Shown here: positions 39,238 through 52,486 of the stretch, piece after piece
How positions within the stretch are numbered: the first letter of the stretch is position 1
How the letters are laid out: each line of letters begins with the position of its first letter
Source of the DNA: Moniliella sp. 'wahieum'
Lineage: Eukaryota
Assembly: GCA_003971905.1 (NCBI GenBank)
Contig: RSEE01000012.1
Span: forward strand, 868,001 to 932,000
Reading direction: 5' to 3'
Length of the DNA: 64,000 nucleotides
The notes under the pieces: model-generated
The model's database searches: none
What the model saw: the letters and a program-made list of their open reading frames with translations, nothing else
Told to the model about the DNA's origin: nothing
Translations under genes and position numbers: made by a program

Positions 39238-42200
39238 TCACAAGGAGCGCAACACACTGGCCGCTTGGCTGGTCGCTGTCCGGCACGCCGCGACCGACGC
39301 GGCTGCCACGGGCCCGCTGGGTCGGGAAGCCAGGGGATCAACTTGGCCTGCGCCAAGCGGTCGACCAACTGGCTCGCCCTCGTCCACCTTTCCGCCAGCT
39401 GCCAGCGCCGCACGGTCCGCCTCGTCCAGACCCACTCCCTTGAGCTGCGCCGCACGGTACAACGTACCGCGCCATTGCTGATGCGCAGCAAGTCCAACGG
39501 CGTGGCACACTGCGCGGCCTGCTGGGCCAGCTCGGCGAGCCAGGCACGCAGCCCCTCCCTATCCACCTCGGCAGCCTAGCGTGTCGACCAACTTGGTCTC
39601 TTCGGCCATCAGGCCCGATCGGTCGGCTGCCGCAGCGTCGCGGGCAAAGTGCCGGTCGCATGGCCACCGCGGCCGCCACGGCGTGGGCATAGCCCGCCGT
39701 GGGCTGCGGACCGGCGCGCAAACTCTCGACGGCAGAGACTGTGCCGAGGGGCAAACGAGGGCAGGAGTTGGCTGTCGCGCTGGTCGTGCTTGGCAGCGAC
39801 GTGGCAGGCGTGGCCAAGACGTGGGAGGCGGCGGTGGCGAGGGTGGGCTGGTCGTGGCCTAGCGAGAGGTGGAGCAAGAGTTGCTCGGTGTGGTTGAGCT
39901 GGCGACTGAGACTGCGCTCGAGCGCGTGTACAAGTCCAACAGTTCCTCGCACGGGCATAGTTGCCAAACTCAAAGCATTTCGCCAAGCTCGGGGTCACCT
40001 TGGCATTCTCACCGTACACGCCCTTGGTCTCCTCGAGCGCACGCCGCACCGGCCCGCCCACACTCTCCCCCCCCCTCCTGCACCGCCACATCCAACAACG
40101 CGAACCACCCGCACCGCTCCAGCAGCCAGTGCGCCATGCTGTCCAGCTGATCGCCCGCACGCCCAACAAGGTATAGTGCGTGTGGGCAAGCGAGAAGGCG
40201 CCGAGCGCGAGACTGATCCGGATCAAGAGCAAGCGAAGCGTGTACCCCTTGGGCGACGCACTCAACGCCTTCCCCACCACTTGGTTCGCCGCCAGCAGCA
40301 ACAGTTCCACCCGCCCTTGCTCCTTCCTCTGCTCGCTCGTCTGCTTGGACAAGCCAGGCAGCCACCAACGCCTCGGCCGTCATGTACGCCAAGTCGTCCG
40401 CCGGCTGTCTCCGTCGGCGGCAGCTGCTTGCCCGCCTGAGTCCCACTCCGTACGCGGCCCAGGACTGCTCGGCTTCAGCCAAGAGCGCGGCTTGCGCGCG
40501 CTCGACCGCGGCAGGCGCAGCGTCCGGACCGGGCAAGCGATCCAGCGCACGTTGCAGTTTCAGCGCATTCACGTACGTGCACAACCCCCGCTCCTCATCC
40601 AGGCTGCCCCGTCGAGAAGGGTGGGTGTAAAGCGCGAAAAAGCCGTCGCGCAAGTGCGCTTGCGCCGCGTCCGACAAGAGCGGAAGGTAGGTGACCAAGT
40701 CCTCGTACGCACATGGTTTGGAGCTAAACGTAGCAAAGTAGTCTTGGATCAGCTGCGCCAAGTCCATCTCGGCCACTCGCGTCGCACCATCCTGAGCAGA
40801 GCCGAGGGAGGCAGAGCGGGTGCGCCATTGCCGCACCAGTTCCAGCCGGGCCAGAAATAGGCCACGCTCCTTGACCAGCGCATTCTTCTTCTGTTGGCCT
40901 GCGCCGTTTCTTCTTGCTTTTCTTGGCCGACGCAGAGGAGCTCGGAGCGGGGCGGCGGCAGGCTCAGCGGCAGCAGAATCAGCGGCAGCAGGGTCAACGG
41001 CAGTCTCAGCAGCAGCGCCGGGAGGGAGCGCCAGAGTAGGAGGAGAGGAGCTGGCCGTTGTTCCCCAACAACGGGGTAGGGCTCGGCAGGCTCTTCTCCA
41101 ACAGTGCCAGCACTGCTTCCGCCTGCTGCGCGCCCTGCTCGATCGAAGCAGCAATCAGTGTCTTTAACGTAGACCAATCGTGATCGCCATGCTGGAAGCG
41201 CCAGCGGAGTTCGTTGGCCAAGTCGGCCCAGTGGCCCAAAGTGACGCATGGCTTCCCACCTCGTCTCGCGGAGATCAATGTTGCCCAAGATACCGGCTTC
41301 TTGCTGAGCTTGGGCATGCGCACTGGCCGATCCCTTGCCGCGCCCTCTTCCAGCAACGGCGCATCAACGGGCTTGCCCGCCGCTCAAACAGCGCGCCGGA
41401 GGGCAAGCCAGCGTGGGCGCGACCGGCCTGGGTCTCCAGAAGGTGGTACGCCACATCCCATTTGCCCTGCTTGGTCAACACGGCCAGAACCACTTGGAAC
41501 TTTTCCAGCTCTGAAGGCGTGCCGGTAAAATAGGGAGACCGCGTATCTTGCTTGGCAGCCAGCAGATCGTCAAGCGAGGTGTGCTTGCGAATCATGCGTT
41601 CGGCCAGCGGCAAAAAATAGTTTTCCCGCCCGCCTCGGCGTCTTGGTAGTTCTGTTCCGACAGCACACACACATACATACATACCACACGCAACGTAGAG
41701 GTGAGCCAACAGCCAGGCAAGAGCGAGCACAGCAGAAAAGGGGAGGAAAAATAGGTGCACGTACACAAAGAAGGAAAGGTCATGCTCCACCAAAAAAGTG
41801 GTCGGACTTTTGGGTTTGGAACCGGTCGCGCCCTTCTTGAGAGCCCACGGGGGCGCTTGGGTCCCGCCGAAGGCAGCGGTTTCGGCGCCGAAGAAGACGG
41901 GGATGGACAAAGAGGCGGTGGAGGTCCAGGGCAAACGTTGGGGCGGCTGGAAATTACCAGCAGCCAAAGTGCCTCAAACGTCTCGGTGCCCAGCGCTTCG
42001 TTTTCCTTGTGGTGGGAAAACGTACGCTCCAGCACTTCAGCAGCGTCGGTAACTAGAGGAGGAGAGGACGGGTCAGCGGGGCGTGCGCTCACGTGCACAC
42101 ACACGCACAACAATCCCACTCGGGGAGAAACGGGAGACTCCACTTGCTTGCGGTAGTTTCGGAAGACGGCGCGAGCGGAACGGCGACGTGGTGGTCGCTG

Positions 42201-42521
42201 CTGCCCCAGCCTTCCTGCTTGATACGCAAGGCAGTGGAGAGGGCGAGAGATCGTTCTTGGACTGCATGTAGGCGAAGACAGCCAGCGCCTCGGCGAGGGG
42301 GAAGACTTGGGCGGCCCGCGGCGCGGTGAGCTCCACCTGTGCGCCCGGCGGGCCCACCGGCGGCAGAAGGCGCGGCGACGGCCTGCGTCGGCCCGCCGCC
42401 GAGCAGACGCTTGCATTCGCGCTGCGCCTCGGCCTGCGGCGTTGCGGTCGAGAAGAGAAAAGACGCGCGCACACTGCTGCTGCTGGAGCAGCTTTGTCTG
42501 TGCCGAGGCCAGGCCGGACAT
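39238..42521 (-). CDS. MDM20: NatB N-acetyltransferase auxiliary subunit (Naa25/Mdm20)
   Basis: Long helical protein with LPLAERMI, DYFATFSSKPCAYEDL, QPADDLAY, LRLLLIRI...LGA and AIQLDSMAHW segments typical of NatB_MDM20. Several introns and frameshifts. Confidence 0.75.
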
Positions 42522-43980
42522 GGCGGTGGGATCGGGAAGCGGACGGGCACGGCGGGAACAGACAGCAGCACAAGACAGGTCAGCTGGGCAGCAAGAAGAG
42601 CGAAAATGGACTGCGTCCGAGATGGGCCAATGAAATTTGAAAGCATGGGTGGACGTTTCAAATTGCTGCGTTGGACGGTCCCTCACCAGTGCCTGTGGAC
42701 TTGCGGGGGAGAGTATCATGCCCACACACAGGCCCCAACACCCTCTCGCTCCTGTCCATCGGGGCCAGGTCCAAGGCAAGTGCATTGTCGGCATGTGAGT
42801 GATGCCCGCGGGCTCGCATCCGTGCCCCAAACCGCCAGTCAATTGAGGGTTAGCCAGGGACCCTGCGCAACATATATGGGGAGGGCTTGGGGGGAATCTC
42901 TATCGTATACCACATCCAATAACTCAACACAACAGCGCTTATTCGGGACCGTCGCAGCCCAAGATGCAGGCCAAGTGACTGGACAAGCACCTCGTGTAGC
43001 GCTTTTGTGACGGATTTCGGGTGGCCAACGTGCTCTACGAGAGAAGGTTGAGGGCAACTGGGACCCCGACTCTCCACTACGTTCCGTGGTATCCGATTTC
43101 CCTTTGCCAAGGTTTCCTTCTGCCAAGGACGACACGATGGGAGACGTTTTGTGCCAACACGTGTGATGTTCTTACCAAATCATAGCCACGCAGATCACAA
43201 CAAAAGTTGGTTTCGGCCGAACGGCAAGCAAGAAGCCACAAAGTTGGATTGAGCGTCTTTACGGCGGAGAAAGGAGGCGTTGCCAGCTTCGTCCAAGTGA
43301 GTTTCACTCCTCTCCATCACTAACCATCATTGGCATTGACCGTGACCGTTGTGTGTGCTGCGTGCGGCGACCGCATCGGATATGCGCCCGGGTTTCCTGT
43401 ACCACCTATTGTTAGTAGCCATTCCTCGTGGCCCTGCCAATAATGCCCCCAGCGCGACCGGATGAGATGTATATGCTCCAGTACACACGCCACTCCGGCC
43501 AAGAAGAACCCCCCTGGATTGACGTTTTGCTGGAGGTGCTGCAAACAGCAGCCTGTGCTTGAGCGCCAGGGGGTGGTGGGTGGAGGTGCGATGTGATGTG
43601 TGGCTGCGGCCAAGGAGGCTGGATCGGCATTTGTGACGTGGCTGCGTGGCTGCCTCCTGCCGAGCCGCACGCTGAATACACACAGATTGGAGCGATGAGT
43701 GATGAGTTGAGTCCTGAGTGTGACACATCCAACACGCGCAGCGACACTGCGCCCGTGCCCGCCGCCCGCAAGCCACACCCAGCCACTCACCCAGTCGCCG
43801 TGTGCCAGGGGGGCACGTGATGCATGCGGCTTCCCTGGCAGCTCCTGGCGCGCCCCCTGGCAGGCGCGGTGGCTGCCCCCCCGCCGCCACGGCCCCCACA
43901 CGCCGACGGACCATCGACATGCAAGGAACGCCTCTTCTCTTCGCGTCTCCTCCGCGCCTCCGCCTCGCCATCTGCCCGCC

Positions 43981-46900
43981 ATGTCGGACGACGAGCAGCC
44001 CGCGCTCGACGCCATCGACAGCTACTACTACGTACGCCGCCGCCTCCGCCTCCTACCGCCTCGCCCCGCTCATCCACGCGCCCCCCACCCGCCCCCGCGC
44101 GCTGCTCGACGACTACCAGCTGGCCTGCCTCCACCCCCGCACGCCTCCATCCCCTCCCGCGCCGCCCAGTCCAATGCCTCCTGGTCCCGCCTCGACCACA
44201 CCCCCGCCCCTCCTCCCTCCGCCGCCCCCGCGCCCCTCTCCCGCGCAGGCTCGACGCCCGCCCGCTACGGCCCCCGATCCCACATCCCCCGCCTCCGCCA
44301 AGCCCAGCCGATGGCGCCGCCTCTTCACCAAGCCCCCCGCCCAGCCCGCGGCCGAGCAGCCACCCACCACCGCCTCCCGCCGCCTCTTTGCCAGGCCCTC
44401 CAAACCCCCCGCCCCGACTCGCCCCCGCCGCCGCTCCCGACCGCCGTCTCTGCCTCTGCCTCCCCCGGCACCGCGTCCAGCTGCAAGTCGAGCAGCATCC
44501 CCACCACCATCGACTCCTCCTACAACGGCACCAGTCTGGGCGGGGCCGCCGCCTCGGTCTCTCCCATCTTGGTCGCTGCCGACAAGTCCAAGACATCTCT
44601 GCCCAGTCAAAAACCAAGGCGACGGCCGACCGGGTCAAGATGACCCTTTCTCCGCCCCGATCCATCCAGTCAACCCCGTCGGCCAAACGCGCCCAGCGCG
44701 GGATCAATAATCGCCCTGCCTCCGCCTCGTCCCCGTTCACCTTTGACCTCGCGCACGCACAGGAATGCGGTGGCAGATGTGGCAGCACCTCGCCCAGACC
44801 ATGGCCCGCTGGCCTGTTCTGGCTCCTCCTCGTCGCACGAAGATGGATTGCTCCACTTTGCACCGTCAACACCGATACACTGGTTCCTTGCTCAGTTCTC
44901 CCTTGCCGAACTGTTGCTCCTGTACAGTCTGGGCGCCTTTGACACCTCTTGCTGCCCCCCGTTCCCTCCTCCTCCCCTCCCCGCGCAGGCGGGGGGGGAA
45001 CCCGCGCCCATCCACCCCGATGTGGGCAACGGAGTACCCAGTCCAACCGAATACGGCAGTGCAATGCTCGACCTGGCGGCCGGCGTGTGGTGGACTCCTT
45101 TATGGTGACCCGGGCCGCCTACCAAAAGCACACTGCATCGCGCGCTGGGAAATTTGCTGGTGCAATGGGCGGGGCCACCAGTGAGGCCGGCTCGTCGTTT
45201 GGCAAGGCCTTTAGCACGGCCATGAGTGAGGAGGTCGAAGACACGGAATCGGCAGTGGATGCGCTGGAGGACACGGCGGTCGGGTCCATTGTCGAGGCCC
45301 ATGTGACGGTGATTCGGTTCTTTGCTTCCCTGGACGATGCGCGTCTGCCGGCTCCGTTCCCTATGTACGTGTCCCCTCCCGTCCCACCCTGATTTGACTA
45401 GAAGGTTTGTGTCGAACGACTGATGAGGTACCTCGTTGCTGACCCTGGCCACGTTGTACCCACAGCTTTGAGCGCCAACGCCTCGCTGCCATGCATCTCA
45501 ACCGCCCCCCTCTTTCCTCTATCGCCGTGCGGCCCCGGCAAAGAGTTCCAATTCGGCCAGCGAGGACACGGTGGATATCGGCCAGATTGCCGATCGTCTT
45601 GCCGCGCATTCCTCCCGAATCCTCGGCCAACTCGAACGGCCTTGCCCAGCGACATGACCACCTTCCTTTCCGTCCTCGACGAGCGCAACGTGATCCCCAT
45701 CATCCAAGGGCCAAGATCCCGCACACGAGACAAGTCCCCCTTCCCTTCCCTCGCTGACCATGCCCGTCGGCAGCGCTGGTTCAGCCCGGAAGCCCATGCG
45801 CTTCTTAACCGCAATCGCGCAATGGTAGTGCTGGATACGACGAGTGACCGCCGCTTTGCCTCCACCGAGGAAATGCAGCACACTGCCTTTCTCGCTCTCC
45901 ACCCTATTCTTTCTCCCGAAGGCATGCCCATCGCGTTTGTCTGTGTCGCCGCTCCGCGCGCTCGCACCCCGCGCCAGCACCAGCGACCTTCCCCCTCCGC
46001 GCCTCAAACGGGGCACAGCGCCTCCGCAAGAGTTGGTCTGGGCTGCTAGCCATGCCGCTGCGCTGCGCTCCAGCGCAGCGCAGTTGATGACTTTGTTGGA
46101 ACATGCGGCGCAGGTGGCCGTGGCGGAGCGAAAACAACTCATGGTGGCTCAGTACACGCAACTTAAGCGGGATGTGGGCAGGCTGGGTCTGGCCGAGGAC
46201 GGGGCGCAAGGGGTGGGAATTGGGCTGGAAGCGCATCGAGCCCAAGATGGGCTGTTTGGTCTGGGTGGGCCGAGCGGCGGCGGGGGGATGGTGCAAGGTC
46301 TGGACGAAGAGGTGGAGGCGTCATTGGAAAAAGAGCAGTTGGTCGCGGCGTTTGAAGAGCGATTGGGCCGTGCGCGGTCCCAGTCGCACCCGCGGGCGGA
46401 AGAGATGGATGTGGCCAACCAGCTTGTGCCACAGCTGGCATCGTTGCTCACCGCGACCGCGGCCCAAGCCCTGGGCGCCGACTTGGTTTACTTTGCTCGC
46501 AACCCGATCCACTCCCACCTGCCCGCCACTCTGCCATCCTGGTCGATCGTCGCCAGCTCCAGCTGCTCGTCCGTCCCGCCCAGCCCATGGTTGGACCCAC
46601 ACCACCTGGCTGCCTGCCCGCTGGCTCCTACCGCACACAACGTCACGGACCACTGTGGTCTGCCCGCTCTGTTTTACAACCTGCCCCCCCGGCCGCGCCT
46701 GCGCCCTCGGACCCCCGTGCTTACCTTGGTCCACCCTGCTCCCCACTTTGGCGCCGGCGCCGTCATCTCCGCCGGCGCACTCGTCGTGTCCCCCTCACCA
46801 TCACCTTCTGAACCCGGACCGAGCAGCTTAGCTGCGCCCGCTGTGCCTGCGCCTGTCCGCCCTGCCTCCCACCCACCCAGGGAGCGGCAAGACCGCTGCG

Positions 46901-47334
46901 TATGTTTTTGGCCATCTTGTTTTTCGATCGGACGCGGCTGCTCACGCCCCCGGAACAGGGCTTCGTCGCTGCCTTGGCAGCCAGCTCCGTCGCGTGGTTG
47001 CGCCAAGCCAGCGCGCTCGATGCCCATCTACATTCGCTGCGCTCCTCCCCGCCCGTACTGGACTCCCCCGCCGCCGCCTCTGCCTCTGCCTCTACCTCTA
47101 CCTCTACCTCCGCCCCGCCGTGAAACAAGGCGGCATCGCGTGTCGGCTGCGCCTGCCGCGAGCACCACAGGCAGCGCGTCACCGCAGGCACAGGCACAGG
47201 CACAGGCACCTTCCACCCGACGCACGAAGGCGATCCGTCCTTGGCCATCCACGCTGCCGCGTCCATCTTTGGACCGGCGACCGTGCGTGCGCGGGACGAA
47301 GATGCGCAGCTGGGCCAGGCCGCGGCACAGATGA
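43981..47334 (+). CDS. GAF-domain-containing protein, function unknown
   Basis: ATG at 43981 (MSDDEQPALDAIDSYYY) and a Pro/Ser-rich N-terminus. The segment AHALLNRNRAMVVLDTTSDRRF...FLALHPILSPEGMPIAFVCV resembles a GAF fold. Frames broken by indels; end approximate. Confidence 0.5.
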
Positions 47335-49171
47335 TGCAGTCGGCTTATCGTCGACGTCAGGCCGAGTCTCACGCCCCCCATGCTCCCCATGCTCCTCAGC
47401 GTGCGTAGGCGTGCCTAGGCGTGCGTCGGCTTATCCCTCTCGTTTTTTGCTGCGCGCGCCGCGGCCTCGCTTGGTAGCTTGATTGCTTCGTCGCTCCGCA
47501 GCTTTCGTGGTCCGAGCAGGTGTCGCGCTTGAGGTCCCGCTCCTGTATCACGGTCTCCCCTCGTCCATTCCGCCCATCTTGCACACCTTGCACATCTTGC
47601 CCCTCTGGCCCCACTCGCCTCCCTCGCCCTCTTGCTCATCTCGTCCATCTTGCTCATCTTGCCATTTTGCCCATTCTGCTATCTTGCCCATCCTACGCAC
47701 TTGGCATCCGTCTTGAGTTCTCTTCCCGCTCCTCTTTCCTTGGTAATGCGGCCGGCACTCTTGATACCCTTCCAGCATCTGTCCGCTTCCTCGCTTGCTC
47801 GCTGGCTCCTTACCTTCTTCGTTTCTTCGTTTCTTTTCGTTCCTTTGGCTCATACATTATGCATCAGCCGACTCTCTTGTCCCTCGTTCCCCACTCCCCC
47901 TACTTGTCCTTCTGTCCTCCTGTTCCCCCGCCTCCCGTCCCCCGTCCCCCGCAGCCCTGTAGCCCCGAAAATGTGCTCCTTAATTCCACCCTTCTGCTTG
48001 TTATTGGTATACTGTGCTGCATACTCAGCCTGAGCACTCACCTTACCTGACCTTGGATAGTGAGAGTACTACTACTTTACTCTGGGAACATGCTGCAGCA
48101 CCAACCGGAGAATGAGCCTCCAAATCTGCCTTTCCTCCGGCCCTGGATCTCGGCCCATTGGAGAGCATCGGCGCCACAATCGTCCCGATATATCAATACA
48201 AGTGCACGACCCAAATCCACTCTCTTTCTCCCTCGCAATGTCTTCTCCCGTCTCTCTCATCTCGCATGGCAATGCATTGAATCCGCCTTGCCGTGTCTGT
48301 GGCTCTTCTGGCTTCGCAAATTAGTTACAGCCCGCCCTCAATTACCTGTTCCTTGGTCCTCGTCTTCTGGTATCTCGATCCACTCACGAACGGGACCAAA
48401 CTCGCATAATCATATTCTTCTACTGTTTGTTGCTCCATCTTGTCCTCCGTGACGGTTGCAAACCAAACGACTCTCTCATAATATGCATAATCGGTACCTA
48501 ATCCACCCCTGCCACATGTTTTCAAAACATCATCTCATCTCCCACCTTGACCTGCCCTTCCCGCATCGCTCCCTCTGTGTACCCGGGACCTTGTCTCCGA
48601 GGACAAATACCCAACTTTTGTCTTTCACTCTTCACCCCTCACACGCTGCATCAGTTCCCCGTAGCTCTCTCCTCGGTATCGTCCGTTTCTCTCTTCGCCT
48701 TCCTAGGTTTCGCCGCGGCACTCACCCTAGGCATTTGCCTGGCTTCAACCTGTCGTGTCGAACTACAAGTGGAGTAGGGGCGTGGGGCTAGGCCTTGGCA
48801 GCCTGAACTGGGCGTCCGGCTTGGGACGACGTGGACGCTTGGAGGAGCATGTAGAACGGGGACTAATTATAGCTCTCGCACCTGTATTACCCCAATCCAT
48901 CCCCAGCCCGAAGCGGGCTGCGTCTCCTTCCCTCCCGGTATTCCAACTGTCCCCCGCCCCCCGCCTGCACTTTCCACTGCCTGCATTGTATTGGCTCTTC
49001 TGCCTGGGCATCAATACTATTAACGGTACTGCTGTACTCCTGTCGCATTCGGACCTGAGCGATCGAGAGAGAGAGAAAAAGCGAAACAAAGGAAGCCGCC
49101 AGGGAGAGAGAGAGCGGTAGAGACGGGTTGCATGCATCGGGTTCGATCCGATCCAAGCAAGGTTCGTGTCG

Positions 49172-49709
49172 CTACAGCTTGGCCGAGGCGGAGCGGATGG
49201 TGGAATTGTCAAACTTGGTGTGGTTCGCAATGACGCGTTTGACGCCATGCCGCGTGCCGTCGGGGCCATCCGGCACATCCACCACTTCACACGTTAGCAC
49301 CAACAACTTGCGCCCGACACTCTCCACTTGCGCCACCACATCGATCCAGGACCCGACCGGCGTAGCACTGAGGTAGATGCACTGCAACGTCGTGCTCACC
49401 CCGAGCATCGACCAGGCCTCGCCTCCCTCGCCACTGGTCAAGAGAATCACCGGCAACGACGTCACCGTATCCACCAGCGCCGCCGCACACCCACCATGCA
49501 ACGTGCCCATCGGGTTGGCCTGGCTGGGCTGCACTTGCAGCCGCACAGTGACGGTGGCTGTGCGGCCATCGTCGGAGCGGGTGGCACGGACGAGGCGCGC
49601 ATGGCTGCCGGCTAGCACATGCGCATCGAACCCTTCGCCCTGGCGGAAGGAATCGAGGATGGCTTCCACCCGCTTGCGCGGCCAGGTCGGGTAAGGTGCG
49701 CTTGGACAT
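49172..49709 (-). CDS. PaaI/ACOT13-type acyl-CoA thioesterase (hotdog fold) with PTS1
   Basis: ANPMGTLHGGCAAALVD, GVSTTLQCIYLSATPVG and VESVGRKL; ends SASAKL*. One frameshift near 49670. Confidence 0.9.
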
Positions 49710-50039
49710 GGGGGGCGGAGCACACAAGGAGAGGGGGGGCGCGTGGGCAGGCGGGGGAAGAGAGAAAAGCGGCGGGATACTCGGACGGCGGACGGCAGCA
49801 GAGTGGAGTTACCGGTTAGGAGCAGTGGATGTTGGAGGCTATTCAGGCGATGCATTTCCGGCAACACGGGGCGTTTAACCCCGGTCGTCGGCGGGCGGGT
49901 CACGTGGTGCGTGAACGTGAACACCAACGCGAACGCCCACGGCAGGAATCGGAAGCGAGAACCGAGCAACGGGGCGCGCCGATTCAGAGCGACTACCCGC
50001 GCATAGAGGTGGTTAGGTACGGCTGCAATGGCCGAAGAT

Positions 50040-50061
50040 GGCCGAGGGCCGAGGGCCGAGG
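50040..50061. promoter_or_regulatory. Triple CCGAGG (GGCCGAG x3) in the thioesterase/hydrolase divergent promoter
   Basis: CCGAGG at 50042, 50049 and 50056. This is the FarA/Ctf1 core motif known from ascomycete fatty-acid genes; function here is inferred. Confidence 0.35.
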
Positions 50062-50280
50062 CAGCCCTCCAGTTCTCCCTTCCATATATGGGTGTGTTGG
50101 TTAGCCAGACGCCCTACCCCATGGAATCAATTCACGCGCTACAAATCCCCTGGCGCCAACCCTACCCGTGCCCGGGCCCACTCCAGCCCATCCAGCCGGT
50201 TGGGGTGGGTGGGATCTGAGGTGACGAGATGGCCATCTCGTCCGCCCCTCCGCCCGCTACCCCCCCCCCCCCCCCCCATC

Positions 50281-51357
50281 ATGGCATTGGCACCCACCTC
50301 TGGTCCCTTGGCCTCGCTCCCTCGCGACGACGGCGTTGCGCTCGCCCGCGACGGAGCACGCATTGCCTATCAAGTCTTTGCCCCCGCGGCCCAGGGCGTA
50401 CCAGCCATCATGGTCCGTCTGTCTCCTTTGCGCAGCAACCAAGCTCCCCTCTCCTCCACTGACACCTCTTGACATTTGCTGCACCCCTCCCCCGCTGGCT
50501 CAGGTCATGGGTCTTTCCGGGCGCATGACCGACTGGTATCCGCTTCCGCAACTGCTCGCTGTCGACGGCGACGAACACCGCGCCCCCGTGCGTCCGGTCA
50601 TTGTGCTGGATAACCGAGGCATGGGCGACTCGACCTTCCCTCCCGACTGGGAGGAGGAGCTAACGATGGATGTGATGGCGCTGGATGTGTTGGACGTGCT
50701 GCATCACCTCCACATTTCCCGCTGCACCCTGCTGGGCTGGTCCATGGGCGGCTACATTGTCCAGCACGTTCTTGCCTTGGCCTTGGCCCCTACGCCGGGA
50801 AAGAGGTGCCGCTTCCGCTGCATGTGGAAGGCGTGGATCCACAAGGTCGTACTTACCGCCACCATGCCAGGGCCGTGGGTACGGACATGGACCCGGGCAA
50901 GATGGCCAAACTGCTGCGTACTAGCCCGGACAAGGACACGGCACGCGCACGCGCCGCGCGTTACTTGCTCGAACTGCAGTACGCACCCAGCTGGCTTGCC
51001 CAACCTGCGAACCAAGCCGTGCTGGACGCTCGGCTTGCCGATGGCCTCCAGGGTAAACGGCCACAACGCGTCATCACGGCCCAACTCAACGCCATCCTCT
51101 CGGGCGACGACCAGACTCCGCTCCTCGCCAGCTTGCCCGCCGCGCTGCCCGTTGCCATTGTCCACGGCGAGCAGGACCGGATGGTGCACCCAATCGGAGG
51201 CGAGTTGCTTCGCTCCGCCCTCCCACACGCAAAGCAGCTCCTCCACCCGCACCAGCACCTTGACTTTGGCCACTTTTGGTTCGACCAGCCGCACACGGCC
51301 GACTGGGCTCGTGTCCTCGGCCGTTTCTTGGCCGACGAGGAACGCGCTCGGCTGTAA
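50281..51357 (+). CDS. Alpha/beta hydrolase with PTS1 (paralog 1)
   Basis: DGARIAY, intron 50413-50503, VMGLSG, VLDNRGMGDS, nucleophile GWSMGG, HGEQD (Asp) and DFGHFW (His); ends EERARL*. Confidence 0.9.
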
Positions 51358-52059
51358 GGGAAATAGGAGGCACGTCCACCGCACCAACCCGCCCAGCTCG
51401 GAAGCGGTGGGACGCTGGGCGTGCCCTTGGAGCCTCGTTGCGGGCAATGGATCAGTTTGACACATGCATGAGTGAACAGTGGCAAGGCCGGTAATATGAG
51501 GAAGGGAAAATTCAGCGCATTGAATGTATTCAACCTCCGAACTCTTGCCATCAGGGTATATGTGTGGAGATCGGGAGTCCGGATGGTCCTCGAGGGTGAT
51601 GCAATCCCACTAGTGTGGTGGTGGTGGTCTAAGCCAGGCCAACCAGCAACGTCCCAGCGGAGCATCCAGCAGCCAGTCGCCGCCACGGGCTAGGCTGCGG
51701 AACAAGGCAACCAGAAGCGAGAAAAACAACGGAACTCCTATACTATAGGCCCTGAGGGAGGACTGAAGGACCACTGGCCAAAACACACGAGCCATCCGCG
51801 GATGTGGTGGCGGTTCCTGTACGGTCCATGGAAGCGACCAAGGCTCACATGTCACATGTTACACCAGTATACTTCACCACGTGTAGTTACTAGTTCGTGG
51901 CTTCGAAAAAGACATGTTCTCTTTGCGGGGCAAACACAGTGGTAGACCCGATGCCTGGGATTCTCCATGAGCTTCTGTCACTGCGAGGGCGAGAAGGAGA
52001 GGCAATAGACGATCGATGAAGACAGGAGTATGAAAGTGCCCCACACAGTACCCTCAGTA

Positions 52060-52121
52060 TTCAAGCTTCAAGCTTCAAGCTTCAAGCTTCAAGCTTCAAG
52101 CTTCAAGCTTCAAGCTTCAAG
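52060..52121. repeat. Perfect tandem repeat (TTCAAGC)8 + TTCAAG
   Basis: Eight exact heptamers counted from 52060. An inverted copy, tgaagcttgaagcttgaa, lies at 52274-52291. Confidence 0.95.
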
Positions 52122-52486
52122 GCAGCCCATCGGAGCCGCAGCGCCATCGCCCATCCCCCACATGCCCCACACATCACACCAAAAGGGTTACTATGTGGCC
52201 CCTTATTCCCGCATGAGTAAGTGACGGCTACCCTGTTCAGGTTTCACCTTAAGCTTTAAGCCTCATTACACTCTGAAGCTTGAAGCTTGAAAGCCCCTGG
52301 ACCTCAGGCCCCAAGCGACTACATGGCTCGTATACAAAACACCGCCTTCGCAGCCCCGCTGTTCCTGCTCTGAGATCTGACCCCCGCACTTCCGGTACGA
52401 TTGAATGATTCCTTGCCGACTACCGCGGTCTGTGCGGTCAAACTTTAATGGCAGGAGACTGCTAGCTTGGATTCCATGGAGCAACA

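Noticed and set aside
52060..52121. CRISPR array or telomeric repeat
   Set aside because: The DNA is eukaryotic, the units are 7 bp with no spacers, and the sequence is not TTAGGG-like.
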